Positions 1-13,667 are shown, counted from the stretch's first letter. The stretch: 64,000 bases of DNA from Hormiphora californensis (GCA_020137815.1 CM035353.1:4960001-5024000), one strand, 5' to 3'. The notes: generated by a model not told the origin, from the letters alone. Numbers and translations: made by a program.

Positions 1-690
1 ATGCCACTTCATCCATGAGGGAGTTGCCCGGGTTGGAGGTAGAGGTACTGGATTTACCAAAGGTTAATACTATTTGCTATCAACTACTATAAAAAAGAAA
101 TATGGTACATGGGAGGGAGTATAAAAAGTAAACTTGTATTGTTTCTTCTTGGTTGAGCCAATAGATGATGGCACTTGCTGCTCCGGCCGTTGCGACGCAG
201 CCAGCAATAATCTTTGTCTTCAAAGTGAACATAACAAATGTTGTCTTTACTCTTTGTTTTTCTTGGAAGATGTTCCTGGAATCGTTTCTTCGACTCCGTA
301 AAGGAGTTTAGCAGTTGTTACTGCTGTCCATATCCATTCCTGTACTTCTGTGCCGAGTCCCCATGTTGGTCCTACCAATCTGCGGGCTAGATTTTCCATT
401 CTTGAGGCTTCTGCTGTTATCCTCGTATAGTGAGACATCCAGATCAGTCCAAAGTCACCCCCAGATACTTAAATACTCTTTTTTTGAACGGTATTATTTC
501 TTCTTTGCAGATTTAAATGGTAGTTGGAGAAGTTGGCATTCGTTTCTTGTGTGTAAAAAGGACTACTGCTGATTTTCCCACTGATATTTCCAGGTCCAGT
601 TCTTCGCACCATTTAGCAACTTCGTCCATGATCCATTGAAGTCGCTTCATTAGATCTTCGATATCTGTATCACTAACCTTGATGTGGAGA
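1..690 (-). mobile_element. Decayed non-LTR retrotransposon RT C-terminal/thumb fragment (R1/LOA/I-like)
   Basis: Minus-strand pieces read RLQWIMDEVAKWCEELDLEISVGKSAVVLFT, then KYLGVTLD, then RRLVGPTWGLG...WTAVTTAKLLYG, the usual post-YADD LINE RT motifs. Broken by stops and frameshifts. Confidence 0.75.
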
Positions 691-721
691 GTATAGGGTG
701 TAAACAGCAAAACAAGACGAA

Positions 722-755
722 TTCAACGTTTCGGATATAAATCCTTTATCAAGAA
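722..755 (-). ncRNA. Minimal type I hammerhead ribozyme motif (UUGAUAA core variant)
   Basis: Minus strand reads ttc TTGATAA a ggat-ttat-atcc GAAACGTT gaa: stem I ttc/gaa, stem II ggat/atcc, palindromic AACGTT stem III as in Penelope-type HHRs. Confidence 0.6.
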
Positions 756-1148
756 ATTGGTAGATTACATAAAGGATGATATCTAATAAATCAAACAAGG
801 ATGTTGTTGAGAACAATACACGTGCAGTTGGTAACTAAGTATAGCTTCATTTCAAAAGTGATTCTTGGTACCTAACAGTTTTAACATTGGAGCTTCAAAT
901 GCCTTTTATTAGTACTACATAGTACAAAGTTTTCGCTAGTTCATACTAACCCGTGAGGTGTGGAACTGGAATACCAAACTCCACTCTCCAATATTGTGCA
1001 TCTTTGGGACCAAGCAGTTTACCCTTTCATGCAATATATTGAATGTATCTTATGAAGATACCTGTCAAATGTTCTTACTTCTATAACAGGATATGTATTG
1101 CGAAATTATGATGCTTATTATTACAAAGTAATACAAGATGTAATAATC

Positions 1149-1185
1149 GTTTACTCAAGTTTCATGCTTTCACAATCATCAGAAC
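1149..1185 (-). ncRNA. Minimal type I hammerhead ribozyme motif
   Basis: Minus strand reads gtt CTGATGA t tgt-gaaa-gca t GAAAC ttga GTA aac: intact core, stem II closed by a GAAA tetraloop, GUA cleavage triplet. Confidence 0.7.
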
Positions 1186-2059
1186 CTGTTACACCTGTTA
1201 TTGGGAATATTAGTTGGAGACACACAAACTGAAACTCAGGAACTTGGGTGATGGAAAAAGTTCAGTGGGAAAGTGAAAGAGTGGGAATAGTAGCAATAAG
1301 ATGAACCTTTTAGTTTTTGAATGGAATTGGAATTTGAAGATAAGTGAAACTCAAAGAATTTATTTTTAATTATAAAATCCAATTATTTATACACATAAAA
1401 TCCATTTCTATTTTTTTTGTCTTTTTATTTTTTTCCCGATTTTCTTTTTTTTGTCACTTGCACTGTGTCAGTCGGCGGGGGTTGGGCGCTGGATCCTCCT
1501 CCAGTTCCACCGCAGACCTCATCGAGCTGAAAAAGTAGTTTGCTGTAATATATGTATAAATATTATCACGATTGGAAGAAAAAATTGGTCGATTTTGCAT
1601 TTGTACTTACAGATGCCCAGGATTCATTAAGTATGCGCATTACTTCCTCATCCGTAATGGTGTTTGACATATTTGCTATAAAATGGCATGTTGTTAAAGA
1701 TTGATGAGACAGCTTTCGCTGTATTGCCTAATGCCTGCCGCGGAGTGATTATACGGAGATCTGTTAGAGTCTCGCGGCGTGTTCCGAACCATGTTGTCAG
1801 ACATTAAAAACAAGATTTTTAAGCGATATTTCGGATTTCTCCTTAATCATGCATGACTCTAACAACTATTAATAACTTTTGCCAGTTTCTACAGAGTGCT
1901 GATCTCATATAATGCCTTTTTAATTTTCCCTTCGTAACTGACTGGGGCCATATCTCATACCACTTCATGGAACGCCACTCTCAAAGCTTTGTCTTGGTTC
2001 CTCCTTGTATTTTCTTTCAAGTCTTGTCATTTTGGTGTACAGGTTTTTGTTGTTTCGTT

Positions 2060-2605
2060 CCCAGTGCGAAACGTTGTTCAAGGTGTTATCAATGTGAAAT
2101 CCGGTCGAAAAAAGTGCTATAATTTTTTTCTATGAGGGTGATATTTTTAGGGTGATATTTTCCAATGCGCCAGCAATGCATTGCTGGTGCATTGGAAAAT
2201 ATCACCCTGTATTGATGTCGCATTGGAGAGCAATTTTAGAGTGCGAATCTCTCTCTCTCACTATCACTGAGAGTTGTATATCACTGAATCATAATAATGG
2301 TCGGTGTTAGCCCTTGAAAAATTTCGCAGCGCCGGCAAGGGCCCCCAGGAGTATCTTAAATGCACATATGCATTCCGTGCATTCCAGCAGTTTTAAAGAC
2401 TATCCGAGCAATAAAAACTACTTTTGACATTATATCTACTATCTAGGAGTACATATAATGGTCGGTGTTAGCACCTGAAAAATTTAGCAGCGCTGGAAAG
2501 CGCCACTAGCGTATAATGATGATGATGGGGGTGCAATAAGTCATAAATTTAAGCATAAAAGTGATATCAATTAGATTGATAAATTGGCCAACATTTCGCA
2601 CCGGG
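2060..2605. mobile_element. MITE with 8-bp TSD (hAT-like TSD length)
   Basis: TIRs cccagtgcgaaacgttg / caacatttcgcaccggg, TSD gtttcgtt at 2052-2059 and 2606-2613. The empty site is present in the duplicate copy near 5245. Confidence 0.85.
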
Positions 2606-3179
2606 GTTTCGTTTAGCTTTCCATCGTCTTTCTGCGTTGTTGTACAGGTTCCGGAGCTTCCTCAGTTTCTGTGAACCATTCTTGTTTCAAGGACGATTTG
2701 TCATGAATATCTCAAAGTTTGCTTTGGGGATCTTTTTTCATGAAGCCTTCTCAAGTTCCGACTTCGCTTTTGAAGATAGTTTGCTAAGCTGTGAACAATG
2801 GGACTAACTCTAATTTTTCGTTAAACGCTACTCCAGTAAGGTGATGCTTCAGCCTGAAACTTTGTACGAGCAAAAGTGTCTCGTCCAAACCAAAACTGCT
2901 TTCGATGACGGTTCTTGGACAGACGATAGGAATTGAGTATACATATTTATATAGCTCAATCCTTCTCCGCCACCTCTTCAAAACTCGACATGAGTCATGA
3001 GTGTATACAGGCAACGGTTGGTCATAAACAAACCACAGAAACACTAAAAACTGCAGGGATTCGGTTCCCTCCATATTCACCCCAGGGTGTCCTCCGCTGA
3101 TTTTATGTGTGTAATGGTCGTGGTCATGATGATAACTTTGGTGAACGGTGCATTGCCCGTCGGTTCGGTCATTTGGTTG

Positions 3180-3480
3180 AAGTCTAGGTGTACGTGTTCC
3201 ATGTAAATATTGATTCCCTAGGTTTTCTACTATATTGGAGTGAGGGGGGTTGCACGTGTAGGTAACGAAAAAAATCAGGTTTAAAAAACTTAGCGGTGAG
3301 CGCCATGCTGTCTTGATACTGTTGTTGCGGCCAGCGCTTACCGCCAGTAAAACTCGAAGGTAAAATAGAGGGGATACCGGGGTTATACTCACAATCCCCA
3401 CTGGTGGTATCCTCTCGATACATCATCAGTCCTTCGGAAGTCTCCTTTCGGTAGTCAGGTTGGTTCGTTCGTAGGTACCT
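3180..3480 (-). mobile_element. Helitron RepHel fragment (helitron_like_N region), frameshifted
   Basis: ILPSSFTGGKRWPQQQYQDSMALTAKFFKPDFF and, in another frame, FVTYTCNP match the Helitron consensus LPSSF.GG.R...YQDAMA...KPDLF.TFTCNP. Confidence 0.85.
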
Positions 3481-6400
3481 GTAAAATACTCCATCACCAT
3501 CATCACGCCACTCATTTCTAATTTATAATATAGATTGCATTTAATTAATAATAATTACACTTTCGGGAGGTTGTTCACTTCTACCGCAGGGGCCTCCATT
3601 TTCCTTAGGTTCCATTGTAAAACTCTTATAAATTTCCCTGCCTAGTAGTCCTTGTAGTAGAAAGACTATATATATATCATACAATGGTTTGAGATCAGGC
3701 TGTTTTTTTTGCGAAGCTCCCAAGCGAGTAGTCGTGTTATATTTCGTCACCACTTACTTGCTCAACAAATCATCCCCACTTATCAAGAAAACAAATGAAT
3801 TCAGATGAATTGATAACTTCAATCGTAACAACACTTGTTCTGGCTCAGTTTTATAGGAATTTCAGCTCTAATAAATAATAATAAATCGGATCTACTATTT
3901 TTAGCATTGTGCTCACCTTTCACCCAAAGTTGCAGCATGCTGCTTTGATGTAATTGCTGCAATCTCCGCCAGTAATGCTAAATGTAAAATTGTGTCTCAG
4001 TTTCAAGAGCTTGTGTTACATTACTAAGTAGATTAGTGGTCGTAGCAGTTAATAGAAACAGTAGTATAGAAAATTGTTAACCACTATACACGGGCTAAAT
4101 GAACCAATCGAAGAGAATTCATGCTGAGTCCTCTTTAAATTTAGTAATCCTGCATTTTCGGAACGTGTTCGTCTCAACACTGCGCGTCGCAGACTGTACC
4201 AAACCCGGGCGAACAAGCTAACAATAGTGCAATTACATGCGCGCGATGTACTATATCGCATGGAAGTTCACTATTGTTAGCTCGCTCACCCGTACTAGCT
4301 CCTGCACCCGCGACACGCAATGCCGAGACGAACACGCTCCGAAAAGAGAGCATAATGCCATGAGGCACATGACTCAATCCTGATATATGTTTGCATTCAA
4401 AATATACCCTTTTGAAGGAGTCTGTTGTTATTCCCACCACCTTACCAAACTTGTGTTTAGTACTTATCGCTCTCCCCTTGGAACCTGAGTTTCCGAATGA
4501 CTCGTATGTCGCCTGCTGTTCTCATGGTTTTCGAACAAGGATCAGGTTTTTGTTCAACCTTTCCTTGCAATTGGGAGTAATAAGGTACTGAAGGTTGGGG
4601 TTTATAAGGCTCATTAAATATAAGGGAACTACTCTCAAATATTACATCATCAAATTTTACTTTGCCGGGGGTTGGGGGGCGCTGGATCCTCCTCCAGTTC
4701 CACCGCAGACCTCATCGAGCTGAAAAAGTAGTTTGCTGTAATATATGTATAAATATTATCACGATTGGAAGAAAAAATTGGTCGATTTTGCATTTGTACT
4801 TACAGATGACCAGGATTCATTAAGTATGCGCATTACTTCCTCATCCGTAATGGTGTTTGACATATTTGCTATAAAATGGCATGTTGTTAAAGATTGATGA
4901 GACAGCTTTCGCTGTATTGCCTAATGCCTGCCGCGGAGTGATTATACGGAGATCTGTTAGAGTCTCGCGGCGTGTTCCGAACCATGTTGTCAGACATTAA
5001 AAACAAGATTTTTAAGCGATATTTCGGATTTCTCCTTAATCATGCATGACTCTAACAACTATTAATAACTTTTGCCAGTTTCTACAGAGTGCTGATCTCA
5101 TATAATGCCTTTTTAATTTTCCCTTCGTAACTGACTGGGGCCATATCTCATACCACTTCATGGAACGCCACTCTCAAAGCTTTGTCTTGGTTCCTCCTTG
5201 TATTTTCTTTCAAGTCTTGTCATTTTGGTGTACAGGTTTTTGTTGTTTCGTTTCGCTTTCCATCGTCTTTCTGCGTTGTTGTACAGGTTCCGGAGCTTCC
5301 TCAGTTTCTGTGAACCATTCTTGTTTCAAGGACGATTTGTCATGAATATCTCAAAGTTTGCTTTGGGGATCTTTTTTCATGAAGCCTTCTCAAGTTCCGA
5401 CTTCGCTTTTGAAGATAGTTTGCTAAGCTGTGAACAATGGGACTAACTCTAATTTTTCGTTAAACGCTACTCCGGTAAGGTGATACTTCAGCCTGAAACT
5501 TTGTACGAGCAAAAGTGTCTCATCCAAACCAAAATTGCTTTCGATGACGGTTCTTGGACAGACGATAGGAATTGAGTATACATATTTATATAACTCAATC
5601 CTTCTCCGCCACCTCTTCAAAACTCGACATGAGTCATGAGTAATGTAATACAGGCAACGGTTGGTCATAAACAAACCACAGAAACACTAGAAAATCAAGA
5701 GGAACATGAAGGAGCAATGGCCTTAGACACCGGACACGTGGAACTGCAGGGATTCGGTTCCCTCCATATAATATACAACCCAGGGTGTCCTCCGCTGATG
5801 TTATGTGTGTAATGGTCGTGGTCATGATGATAATTTTAGTGGACGGTGCATTGCCCTTCTGATAAAATACATTGTGGCCGCCATGCTTCCTTCAAATCCC
5901 AGTTTAAAGTGGAAAACCAGGTCGCTTGGCCACTCCACTGAGTCTACGTGCGTTAGTAGCTTGTTATTGCCTCCGTAAGGTCGAACGCGACACCAACGTT
6001 ACCCTCTGAGAGAGGTTGGATCTGTACCGCCACAGACATCCTGTAATTACGATAGAAGAAAATTGTAACTCAATAATTAGATAAATGCTAAACCTCTCAA
6101 CCAATAATAATAGTCTAGATCCTGTGCCAATCTTATATCCTACTGATTCAACAGTATAATTTTGGTTCCCTTATTTCTTTTGTTTTTTAATTCTTTTCCC
6201 GGATTCTCTTAGATGGGATTGCGGGGGAGTTAGATGCGGTGCCAGACATTTTAGGCTCGTATTCATCAAGCGAACTCCAAGGTTCATCAAGAATTTTGCA
6301 TATTTCTTCATCAGTGAAACTCATCTGATTCTGACTCATGTTTTTTGCAAAGCTCCCAAGCGAGTAGTCGTGTTATATTTTGTCGCCCCTTACTCAACAA

Positions 6401-6700
6401 AACATCCCCACTTATCAAGAAAACAAATGAATTAAAGTGAGAGAGAACAGCCCCGATTTTGATGAAACTTGGTCAGAATAGTGTTTGGTGTCTAATTAGA
6501 ATTCAAAAAAATTTTTAGTGCTCAAATCCTAAATTTAGGATTTTTAGGTTTTTTAGGTTTTTCGGCTTTTATGGGTTTCAGGAACGTTCTAGAACAAAAT
6601 GAATAAAACCATCTTTCTCGGCATTAAATTCTTCATCGATTATAGTGGTTATAAACCTTTCTATGACGTAAGGTTCAGAAGTTATCGCAAAAAAGCCCAA

Positions 6701-7077
6701 ACGGGTACATGTGTTAGGGGCGGGTTCATGTTTTAGGCTAACCGGCGAACCTCTTGTCAGAACACCATGTTATAGGGTGTCAATCGACGCGTATTGATAA
6801 GGAGATCATTTTAGTGAAAATTATTTTCATCTGCGATGTCTGTGTAACTAATGAAACCTAAAAAACCTTACTGAATGAAGCATACCCGTTTGGTTAAAAC
6901 ATGTGGTGAGGTTTTTTAGGTTTCATTCGTTACACAGACATCGCAGATCAAAATAATTTTCACTAAAATGACCTCCTTATCAATACGCGTCGATTGACAC
7001 CCTATAACATGGTGTTCTGGCAAGAGGTTCGCCGGTTAGCCTAAAACATGAACCCGCCCCCACTAACACTGGTACCC
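6701..7077. repeat. Foldback palindrome inside a probable non-autonomous DNA transposon
   Basis: 6701-6870 is the reverse complement of 6909-7077 (gggtac...ggggcgggttcatgttttaggctaacc / ggttagcctaaaacatgaacccgcccc...gtaccc). Confidence 0.8.
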
Positions 7078-8669
7078 TTCTGCATTTGAGAAAGTTCTCC
7101 TTATGCTAGTTTCGGTATATCGGTGGTTCGTTTCAGTGGACCTGGTAAAATATCCTAAATACTCCATCACCATCATCACGCCACTCATTTCTAATTTATA
7201 ATATAGATTGCATTTAATTAATAATAATTACACTTTCGGGAGGTTGTTCACTTCTACCGCAGGGGCCTCCATTTTCCTTAGGTTCCATTGTAAAACTCTT
7301 ATAAATTTCCCTGCCTAGTAGTCCTTGTAGTAGAAAGACTATATATATATCATACAATGGTTTGAGATCAGGCTGTTTTTTTTGCGAAGCTCCCAAGCGA
7401 GTAGTCGTGTTATATTTCGTCACCACTTACTTGCTCAACAAATCATCCCCACTTATCAAGAAAACAAATGAATTCAGATGAATTGATAACTTCAATCGTA
7501 ACAACACTTGTTCTGGCTCAGTTTTATAGGAATTTCAGCTCTAATAAATAATAATAAATCGGATCTACTATTTTTAGCATTGTGCTCACCTTTCACCCAA
7601 AGTTGCAGCATGCTGCTTTGATGTAATTGCTGCAATCTCCGCCAGTAATGCTAAATGTAAAATTGTGTCTCAGTTTCAAGAGCTTGTGTTACATTACTAA
7701 GTAGATTAGTGGTCGTAGCAGTTAATAGAAACAGTAGTATAGAAAATTGTTAACCACTATACACGGGCTAAATGAACCAATCGAAGAGAATTCATGCTGA
7801 GTCCTCTTTAAATTTAGTAATCCTGCATTTTCGGAACGTGTTCGTCTCAACACTGCGCGTCGCAGACTGTACCAAACCCGGGCGAACAAGCTAACAATAG
7901 TGCAATTACATGCGCGCGATGTACTATATCGCATGGAAGTTCACTATTGTTAGCTCGCTCACCCGTACTAGCTCCTGCACCCGCGACACGCAATGCCGAG
8001 ACGAACACGCTCCGAAAAGAGAGCATAATGCCATGAGGCACATGACTCAATCCTGATATATGTTTGCATTCAAAATATACCCTTTTGAAGGAGTCTGTTG
8101 TTATTCCCACCACCTTACCAAACTTGTGTTTAGTACTATATCTGTCCTTCTCCCCTTGGGAAGAAACCCTGACGTTTCCGAACTTGACCTCAGTAAGTGT
8201 CGCCCCTGCTGGATTTTCCTCTATTGGGTTTTCGAAACAAAAGGAATCAGGTTTTTCTTGTTCAATCCTTTTCCTGTGCGAAGATTAGGGTAGTAAAAGT
8301 AAGAGGTACATTGATAAAGGTTGGGGTTTTTATAAAAGGCTCAATTTTAAAATAATAAAGGAGAGACTTACTCTCAAAAACTGATTACATCATCAAATTT
8401 TTCACTTTTCTTATTACAATATTATGTATTATTATTACTACTGTTATTATTACTGTGGTTGATGGGGAATAGGTCCTCAGTGAGAACTCGACAGGGAAAT
8501 ACAAGGAATCTTTGTTGAGTATCCCAATTAACTCGAATTTTAATTTCGAATCTTACCACAATAAGTGAGTCGACATACTGCTTACTGAAGAATAAGAATT
8601 CTTTCCCAAATTATTCTATTGTTGTGGACTTCATCCATAGAGGCCTCAATCTGTCCCGTTTTAATCTTA

Positions 8670-9835
8670 TAGGCCAGTCATATGACGTTGTTTTCTCACC
8701 ATAAAAGTTGTAAATCTAATTCCACTTCTAGGGTACTCTAATAGGTCCCTAGAATCACCAAATAAATCCTTCGCGAATTTCGCGGTGAAGAACTTAGGTT
8801 TTTGGGCCACACCCTTTTACCTATGTTTTTAGCCTGTTTTATAAGACGTAACATGGCTTAGGAACGGAGTAGAGACAAAACTGAGGGCATTAAAGTGATC
8901 AGCGTCCTCGCATTAGTGGGGGTAGACACCGAAATTAAGTCTCTATCTTTTCAGGTTAATTAGATAATTGGATAATTAGATGCGCACATAACCGTTTTGT
9001 GGCTATATGGTAAAAACCATCTTAGGAAACGAGTAGAGATGAAATCGAGGGCACCAAAGTGATCAGTGTCCTCGAATTAGTGGGGGTAGGTACTGGAATT
9101 AAGTCTCTATCTCATCTGGTTAATTAGATAATTAGATAATTAGCTTTGCGCATAACCGTTTTTAGGCTATATGGCTATAGCCACTTAGGAATGGTTTAGA
9201 GACTTTTCACGGGTGCCATTTTGTAGGCAATGGCCAAGTTATGGGGGGTCGACGTCGGACTTTTAAGCTCTATTTCCAACCGTTTAGCCGTTATTTGGCT
9301 TTAAATGTGCCCAAAATGGGCAAAAAACGGTAAAAAGCCCGATTTTGAGCACCTTTAGAGCCAAATAACGGCTAAACGGTTGGAAATAGAGCTTAAAAGT
9401 CCGACGTCGACCCCCCATAACTTGGCCATTGCCTACAAAATGGCACCCGTGAAAAGTCTCTAAACCATTCCTAAGTGGCTATAGCCATATAGCCCAAAAA
9501 CGGTTATGCGCAAAGCTAATTATCTAATTATCTAATTAACCAGATGAGATAGAGACTTAATTCCGGTGTCTACCCCCACTAATGCGAGGACGCTGATCAC
9601 TTTAGTGCCCTCAGTTTTGTCTCTACTCCGTTCCTAAGCCATGTTACGTTTTACAAAGCAGGCTAAAAATATAGGTAAAAGGGCGTGGCCCAAAAACCTA
9701 AGTTCTTCACCGCGAAAATCGCGAAGGATTTTTTTGGTGATTCTAGGGACCTATTAGAGTTCCCTAGAAGTGGAATTAGATTTACAACTTTTATGGTGAA
9801 TTTTGATCTACATCCGACATCATATGACTGGCCTA
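8670..9835. mobile_element. PIF/Harbinger-like foldback element with TTA TSD
   Basis: TIRs taggccagtcatatga / tcatatgactggccta, largely palindromic interior, TTA on both sides. Empty site aatcTTAttgtatattttg at 10690-10708. Confidence 0.85.
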
Positions 9836-11349
9836 TTATTGTATATTTTGTTACATAAAAGTTTTAAAAAGTCTTACACACACAATTGTTTTTATAAAAT
9901 CTAGATAACTGTTTGTATTGCCCTTCTTGCAGCTGTTATTCATCATGTTTTGGAGTTTTTTACGGATTAGGTTGTTCCCCATGTCGTAGCATTCGGAGGC
10001 TGCTACGACAAGGGAGTCCGTCCCCAGCCCACAATAAAACCCATTGCTCCCCCCAGTCCCTTCTAGCAGATGGAATGAAACATAGAACTAGAAGACACAC
10101 AAAAAACATTACTGGTGCTGAGAGAGTGATTTGCTCAGCTGTTCGGCGAAAAGTCCCTGCTTGACTCTCTTTATCAGTGTAGCCAGTTTTATCTTGACAC
10201 TGTCGTAGGGTTCCCCCGATTGTTCAGAGACCACCGGTTCTAAAACGAATGGGAGAGAAATTTTAAAATTAAAGAATTAAAATTTCGAATCTTACCACAA
10301 TAAGCGACTAGCGAGTCGACATACTGCTTACTGAAGAATAAGAATTCTCGCCCCCCTCGAAATTGTTGGGGAATAAAAACCACGTGGGTTTTGGCCATGT
10401 CAGGGGGGAAGGGCCCCCTTGGTTGATTATGCATCCACCATGGTTCACTTCTTTGCGGAACATGCCAGTCCTGCAAAAATTTCGGTGAACTTCAGACAAT
10501 TTTTTGCATTGATGGTTTTTATAAAGGTTAAAAGGGAACCGTTGTCTATCGTGGCCCGTGGGGCCTAAAAATTTCGAATCTTACCACAATAAGCGAGTCG
10601 ACATACTGCTTACTGAAGAATAAGAATTCTTTCCCAAATTATTCAATATTGTGGACTTCATCCATAGAGGCCTCAATCTGTCCCGTTTTAATCTTATTGT
10701 ATATTTTGTTACATAAAAGTTTTAAAAAGTCTTACACTCGGGTCGATACGCTCCTGTAATTGAAAAAACTAAAGGGCTAAAAGTGCCTCTCTCGACATTC
10801 AAAATTGGTTCCCGTTCTACGACCAGCCAGTATGTTACATAATAGCTTGTTATGTCCGTAAATAACGCATCTCCTCGGCCGCAGTTGATCAAATCTTTCT
10901 CATAAACACATCTGATCTCTGGTAGCCGTGGTAGTTTCTTAATAAAAGACTATCCCGAAATCCACCCTTGTCTAGAACAATAGGAAAAATAAGAATTTCT
11001 TCTTGTGCCGGCATTTCGATAGAATCTCTGATCTTTAACAGCCGTTGATCCATGGACGTACAGAGGTCGCACGTTGACTGGCCCACGTTATATATAATGG
11101 TCTTGATCCTCTCCTCTTGATCTCCCACTAAATTTCCCACGATCGATCTTCCCTCATGTTTAAGATATCCCAGACCTTTCCAAACAGTTTTGTATTTTTA
11201 CTCGTGGCGAAATGCGCCGGACTTAATCATGATAAGTGCTGTTCTTACGATCAGCTCTCTTCTTGTCAGCATGAACCCCATCTTCTTCAATTGACGGCGA
11301 TATTGTAGTAGTACTGGTTGGGGTAGGATGGTGGGAGATGCCACCAGTT

Positions 11350-12560
11350 GCCGTGTCCCCCGCATCGAGGATCCCTGGGCCATACCCTGAGCCACTCCCA
11401 ACCTTCTCTCTTTTATTTTCAAGAGCCGCTTCTAACCAGTTTTTGTACTTTAATGCTGCTTGGTCCTGGGCTCTCTTTTCTCTTAACCCTACCAGTGTCC
11501 TGGCGCTCCAAGGTGGCATTGTTTTTCATTGGCAGTCCGAGCCGCTAACATATTCTAACAAGCTGTTTGTAGCAGTTCTGATATACCAAAATGGCAAGAT
11601 TTACGGCTAGTTCCTGCCTCTTCTTGCCGTAAAACTTGGTCTTCGTCATGAATGACTGCACAACACAGAGTTGTACGATTCGTTTACATTAGTATTATAT
11701 CCTGGCTCCATTCTCAGCAAGATACTCTGCTGAGTGTAGTGCTCAAACACCGGGGTGAGAAACTCAAGAAAAACCGGTGCGAGATGGTGGGGTTTGTCCT
11801 CAAACGAACCAGGGTTGTCAGTTTTATATAAACACCAAGAGTCTGTGGGGCAAAATTGGTGCCGTCTTTCTGATACATGAGTGGTAGAGTATAGCAAACT
11901 ATACATTCTTCCTCATCTTGTCTGAAGCCGCATTGGCATCGGCAGACGTGCTAACCTCCCTATTCAATGACCTCCTCACAGCATTTCTGATATTTTTTTA
12001 TATTTTTAGCCTGGCGTGTTTGCCCAACCTGTGCTGCCCCCTATTTACACTCTTATTGTCCTCCATTCGCGTACCATCAACAACCAATCTAGAACTCAAG
12101 TTTTTGGCAACATGGCTGATCATGCAGTCTAACTTCAGCACAACTACACAGTTGTATGCTGGGTCGTCATGGAACTCGACCCTCCGCTTGTACTCTGGTG
12201 TGTCTTTCCATTCTGCCTGGTTTATGTTATCTTTGTACTCAGTGCACAATGTACAAACCAGGTAATGATTCCAGACATCGAGGTACCCCTGTCACTTATA
12301 AATGAGGTTACATATGAGTTCGACCGCTCATATAATCTCTTCAGCCCCCACCTCTCCATTTCTGAGCTTGGCCCCTCGAAGTTTTTGCCACATGTTATGT
12401 GTGGCCTTCTTTCCAGGTCTCGCGGTACCCTTCCCTATCTGGCTTCCAGAGTATTGCACTCCAAGCAGAAACAACTATTGCATCCAAAGGGATGTCTAAT
12501 TCCCCGTCAAATACTACCAGTACCCCAATTTTACTAGTGTACCCTCGACTTGACTGTCAA
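11350..12560 (-). mobile_element. Decayed Mutator-like (MULE/Phantom-type) transposase
   Basis: Motifs in order: CGKNFEGPSSEME, FISDRGTS, KLDCMISHVAKNLSSRL, HQFCPTDSWCLYK, PGYNTNVNESYNSVL, C-terminal GYGPG. Multiple stops and frameshifts. Confidence 0.8.
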
Positions 12561-12648
12561 AAATACGGCAAAAATGTTAACCTCAAAAAAGTATAGCTAC
12601 AGAACGCTTTGAGAACTGGTAACCCCCGGAATAGATCGGGCTTGTTAA

Positions 12649-13667
12649 GGCCAGAGGGGGGGGGGTCGACCGATTTTTGACCCCTATTTTGGGCCATTTC
12701 TGGGGTTACCATCATGTGATAGCGCTTGGCACACCGGACCAGATGGATATGACAGAATCGATTTTGCGCGAACGGTCTGGGAGAAAAGTGGGGTTAACTT
12801 TTGGCCTGAAATCAATGTAAACCCCATTATTTCAGCACTGGTAGGGTTTGGGACATCCAATCAAGTGTCAAACGCTTCGTCTTATCAAGAGGGATCACTC
12901 TGCTAAGTTTTACACCATTAGTCCAACTGGTCTTTGAATTATTTGGGGTTTACAAAATCTGGAAAAATCGACATTATGGCTCCCATATACACCCCATTTT
13001 TTCACATGGTTAACCACTTTCTGAGAAAACGGCTAGGATTTAGACCTTGTCGTTTGGCACACTTGTTCTACAGACCAAGGAGCACGAAACATATGTAGCG
13101 ATTTTTGATTAAGGCCCTCATTCAAAAATTATGGGGGTTTACATAATATTTTCCCTGACCAAACATTTGTAAACCCCCATAATTTTTGAATGAGGGCCTT
13201 AATCAAAAATCGCTACATATGTTTCATGCTCCTTGGTCTGTAGAACAAGTGTGCCAAACGACAAGGTCTGGATCCTAGCCGTTTTCTCAGAAAGTGGTTA
13301 ACCATGTGAAAAAAATGGGGTGCATATATGGGAGCCATAATGTCGATTTTTCCAGATTTTGTAAACCCCAAATAATTCAAAGACCAGTTGGACTAATGGT
13401 GTAAAACTTAGCAGAGTGATCCCTCTTGATAAGACGAAGCGTTTGACACTTGATTGGATGTCCCAAACCCTACCAGTGCTGAAATAATGGGGTTTACATT
13501 GATTTCAGGCCAAAAGTTAACCCCACTTTTCTCCCAGACCGTTCGCGCAAAATCGATTCTGTCATATCCATCTGGTCCGGTGTGCCAAGCGCTATCACAT
13601 GATGGTAACCCCAAAAATGGCCCAAAATAGGGGTCAAAAATCGGTCGACCCCCCCCCCCCTCTGGCC
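12649..13667. mobile_element. ~1.0 kb near-perfect palindromic element with TTAA TSD (Kolobok-like GG termini)
   Basis: TTAA|ggccagaggggg...ccccctctggcc|TTAA, with arms reverse-complementary up to a centre near 13155. Confidence 0.85.

Larger units (their letters stand above)
1473..8405. repeat. Direct tandem duplication (copy A ~1473-4660, copy B ~4665-8405) with different central segments
   Basis: 1477-3160 matches 4670-5857, and 3486-4660 matches 7158-8405. Identical ORFs recur in the track (3541/7214, 4049/7722). Confidence 0.9.

Noticed and set aside
2784-3401. 205-aa ORF as a real gene
   Set aside because: It is a chimeric read-through of a frameshifted Helitron piece and flanking sequence, and is broken in the duplicate copy.
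3395-3429. Minus-strand CTGATGA plus hairpin as a hammerhead
   Set aside because: No GAAA after the stem, and it lies inside Helitron coding sequence.
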